A stretch of DNA of 64,000 nt from Hydrolagus affinis (lineage: Eukaryota): assembly GCA_012026655.1 (NCBI GenBank), contig JAAILG010001100.1, positions 1-64,000 of the forward strand, given 5' to 3'. Position numbers and translations under genes: made by a program. Positions 63,101 through 64,000 of this stretch are shown piece by piece (the first letter of the stretch is position 1; every line of letters starts with the position of its first letter). Below the pieces are notes generated by a model, which searched no databases, was not told the origin of the DNA, and saw nothing but the letters and a program-made list of their open reading frames with translations.

Positions 63101-63717
63101 GGGTGGGCTTGTAGGGGGAGAGTAAAGTGGTTAAATAGAGCGGGGCAAGGCCGTGTAAGGCCTTGAAGGTGAGGACGAGGATCTTGAACTTGGACGAGGA
63201 CATAGGTAATGAACGAGGAGAAAGGGTCGCCAGGAAAGGTGGCTGAGACAAGGATAACAACAACTACAATGCCACAATTACACAGCACTTTTCAAATGAG
63301 AAGGAACTGGACAGTTAAGCACACTTTAAAAAAAAATCTTGATGCTTTGATGGGAAGGCATTTGGGTGGGTGTTAAATAATAAAAAATAAGAATCCTTGC
63401 ATTTGATATAGCGCCTTATCATGTTGTTGAGACGTTTTAAAGTGCTTCACGGAATATATTGTAAAGTGGATTATTGTATATCATGTGGGTGAAACATGGC
63501 AGCCAATTGCGCACAACAATGTTAATTATTCTGAGTTCTGGAGATACTGAAGGGCTTTCTTTATACGGACATATTTTCCACATTCTATTTCCACTTTAAG
63601 CATAAGTGGCACTTACCTTAGCAGTGTGGATGGATCAAGCTCTGGGATTGTTGTGATGGCAGCCTCTGGGAGGATGATTGTGGGTGTACTGCTTGTTCTG
63701 GCTTCAACTGCTGTAAT
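41872..63717 (-). CDS. IRAG1: IP3 receptor-associated cGMP kinase substrate IRAG1 (MRVI1), 5'-partial
   Basis: Exons (high to low): 63717-63617, 61434-61355, 60799/60796-60623, 60089-60012, [58717-58670 and 57391-57321 tentative], 57146-56613, 55383-55305, 54909-54789, 53768-53738, 51693-51553, 50778-50647, 50105-49952, 49308-49259, 48586-48485, 47694-47543, 46776-46654, 44624-44484, 42109-41872. Contains the PKG-Ibeta-binding [21 protein letters not shown], the coiled coil [17 protein letters not shown]...[16 protein letters not shown], phosphosites RSMS and RRRVS, and a C-terminal TM. Confidence 0.94.
42900..43390 (+). mobile_element. L2-type LINE reverse-transcriptase core fragment (degraded)
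   Basis: [39 protein letters not shown], then [11 protein letters not shown] after a frameshift. Confidence 0.9.
44484..44624 (-). CDS. IRAG1: IRAG1 acidic exon
   Basis: [25 protein letters not shown]... Confidence 0.9.
45896..46180 (-). mobile_element. SINE family A
   Basis: Near full-length copy. Confidence 0.88.
46654..46776 (-). CDS. IRAG1: IRAG1 exon
   Basis: GKQNG...[15 protein letters not shown]. Confidence 0.9.
47543..47694 (-). CDS. IRAG1: IRAG1 exon with P-S-[S/N] repeats
   Basis: [35 protein letters not shown]...VEN; phases fit neighbouring exons. Confidence 0.85.
48485..48586 (-). CDS. IRAG1: IRAG1 exon (RRRVS PKG site)
   Basis: [15 protein letters not shown]. Confidence 0.93.
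49259..49308 (-). CDS. IRAG1: IRAG1 exon (RSMS phosphosite)
   Basis: [17 protein letters not shown]. Confidence 0.94.
49952..50105 (-). CDS. IRAG1: IRAG1 coiled-coil exon
   Basis: [39 protein letters not shown]. Confidence 0.95.
50647..50778 (-). CDS. IRAG1: IRAG1 coiled-coil exon
   Basis: [40 protein letters not shown]. Confidence 0.95.
51553..51693 (-). CDS. IRAG1: IRAG1 coiled-coil exon
   Basis: [42 protein letters not shown]. Confidence 0.95.
53255..53604 (-). mobile_element. SINE family A, long variant
   Basis: Full-length copy. Confidence 0.85.
53738..53768 (-). CDS. IRAG1: IRAG1 micro-exon (31 nt)
   Basis: [10 protein letters not shown]|gtgagt. Confidence 0.92.
54302..54655. repeat. 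(GGAGA)n-like low-complexity tract with an embedded LINE tail
   Basis: Read directly from the sequence. Confidence 0.85.
54789..54909 (-). CDS. IRAG1: IRAG1 exon
   Basis: [22 protein letters not shown]. Confidence 0.92.
55305..55383 (-). CDS. IRAG1: IRAG1 exon
   Basis: [26 protein letters not shown]. Confidence 0.93.
56613..57146 (-). CDS. IRAG1: IRAG1 large exon
   Basis: [10 protein letters not shown] (human PPLLRGLSWD) ... [10 protein letters not shown]|gtacgt. Confidence 0.85.
57321..57391 (-). CDS. IRAG1: IRAG1 tentative exon (phase 1 to 0 linker)
   Basis: Open frame [23 protein letters not shown]|gtgag supplies the phase change needed to join the flanking exons. Confidence 0.45.
58670..58717 (-). 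CDS. IRAG1: IRAG1 tentative small exon
   Basis: ggacag|...GAAG|gtaaag, 48 nt, frame-preserving; no recognisable homology. Confidence 0.4.
58780..59142 (-). mobile_element. SINE family A, long variant
   Basis: Full-length copy. Further partial copies lie near 1500, 4600-4930, 7460, 11000, 16150, 24890, 33750, 36670, 45560, 46820, 47050, 47880, 52470, 60200, 61510 and 63390. Confidence 0.85.
60012..60089 (-). CDS. IRAG1: IRAG1 exon
   Basis: [21 protein letters not shown] (human [21 protein letters not shown]). Confidence 0.82.
60623..60799 (-). CDS. IRAG1: IRAG1 exon, PKG-Ibeta binding region (tandem CAGCAG acceptor)
   Basis: [50 protein letters not shown]. Confidence 0.93.
61355..61434 (-). 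CDS. IRAG1: IRAG1 exon
   Basis: [26 protein letters not shown]. Confidence 0.85.
62935..63034. other. Assembly gap (100 N)
   Basis: N run. Confidence 1.
63617..63717 (-). CDS. IRAG1: IRAG1 exon
   Basis: [12 protein letters not shown] (human SPTPTIVLTGDA); donor AG|gtaagt; exact acceptor uncertain. Confidence 0.75.
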
Positions 63718-64000
63718 CTGCGAGTACATCATGTTTCATGTGCAAATAGAACAGAATGGAAAAGGTGCAATGTCCCACACTCCCCCCTCCTCCCCACCCA
63801 CCCACCCACACACTCATACAAACACACACACCCACACTCATACACACACACCCACACTCACACATCTCTCTTTTGAAGTTAAGTTTGGTAATTTAAAGTG
63901 GAGCAAACTGGCACTTTAATATACAGTACTTAAAAGCAACAAAACAATGCTGACTTTGTTTTATCTGTTTTACGTCCTCGGATTCCGCTCAGTGGGCTCT

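Overview
Eukaryotic (vertebrate) genomic DNA. It is most likely from a cartilaginous fish, possibly a chimaera; this is inferred from the repeat families and protein divergence and is not proven. The window holds the conserved block seen at human 11p15.4. AMPD3 (+) has 14 coding exons (2518-14107, 766 aa) and an unidentified first exon. RNF141 (-) has 5 coding exons (231 aa) and a CpG-island promoter near 22.3 kb. LYVE1 (-) has 6 exons (288 aa). IRAG1/MRVI1 (-) is 5'-truncated by the window edge, with about 17 exons visible. Introns are packed with a tRNA-derived SINE family (two variants), older Deu-type SINEs, L2 and CR1 LINE fragments and one hAT MITE. There are two 100-N gaps. I found no evidence of a wholly new gene system. 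The best leads are: (1) an IRAG1 C-terminus that is colinear with the LRMP/IRAG2 KASH peptide; (2) a LYVE1 with CD44-type hyaluronan-binding residues and no stalk dimerisation cysteine; (3) two duplicated splice acceptors inside IRAG1 introns that could create truncated or insertion isoforms; (4) a composite, nested SINE family. Comparisons to human proteins are from memory and were not database searches.
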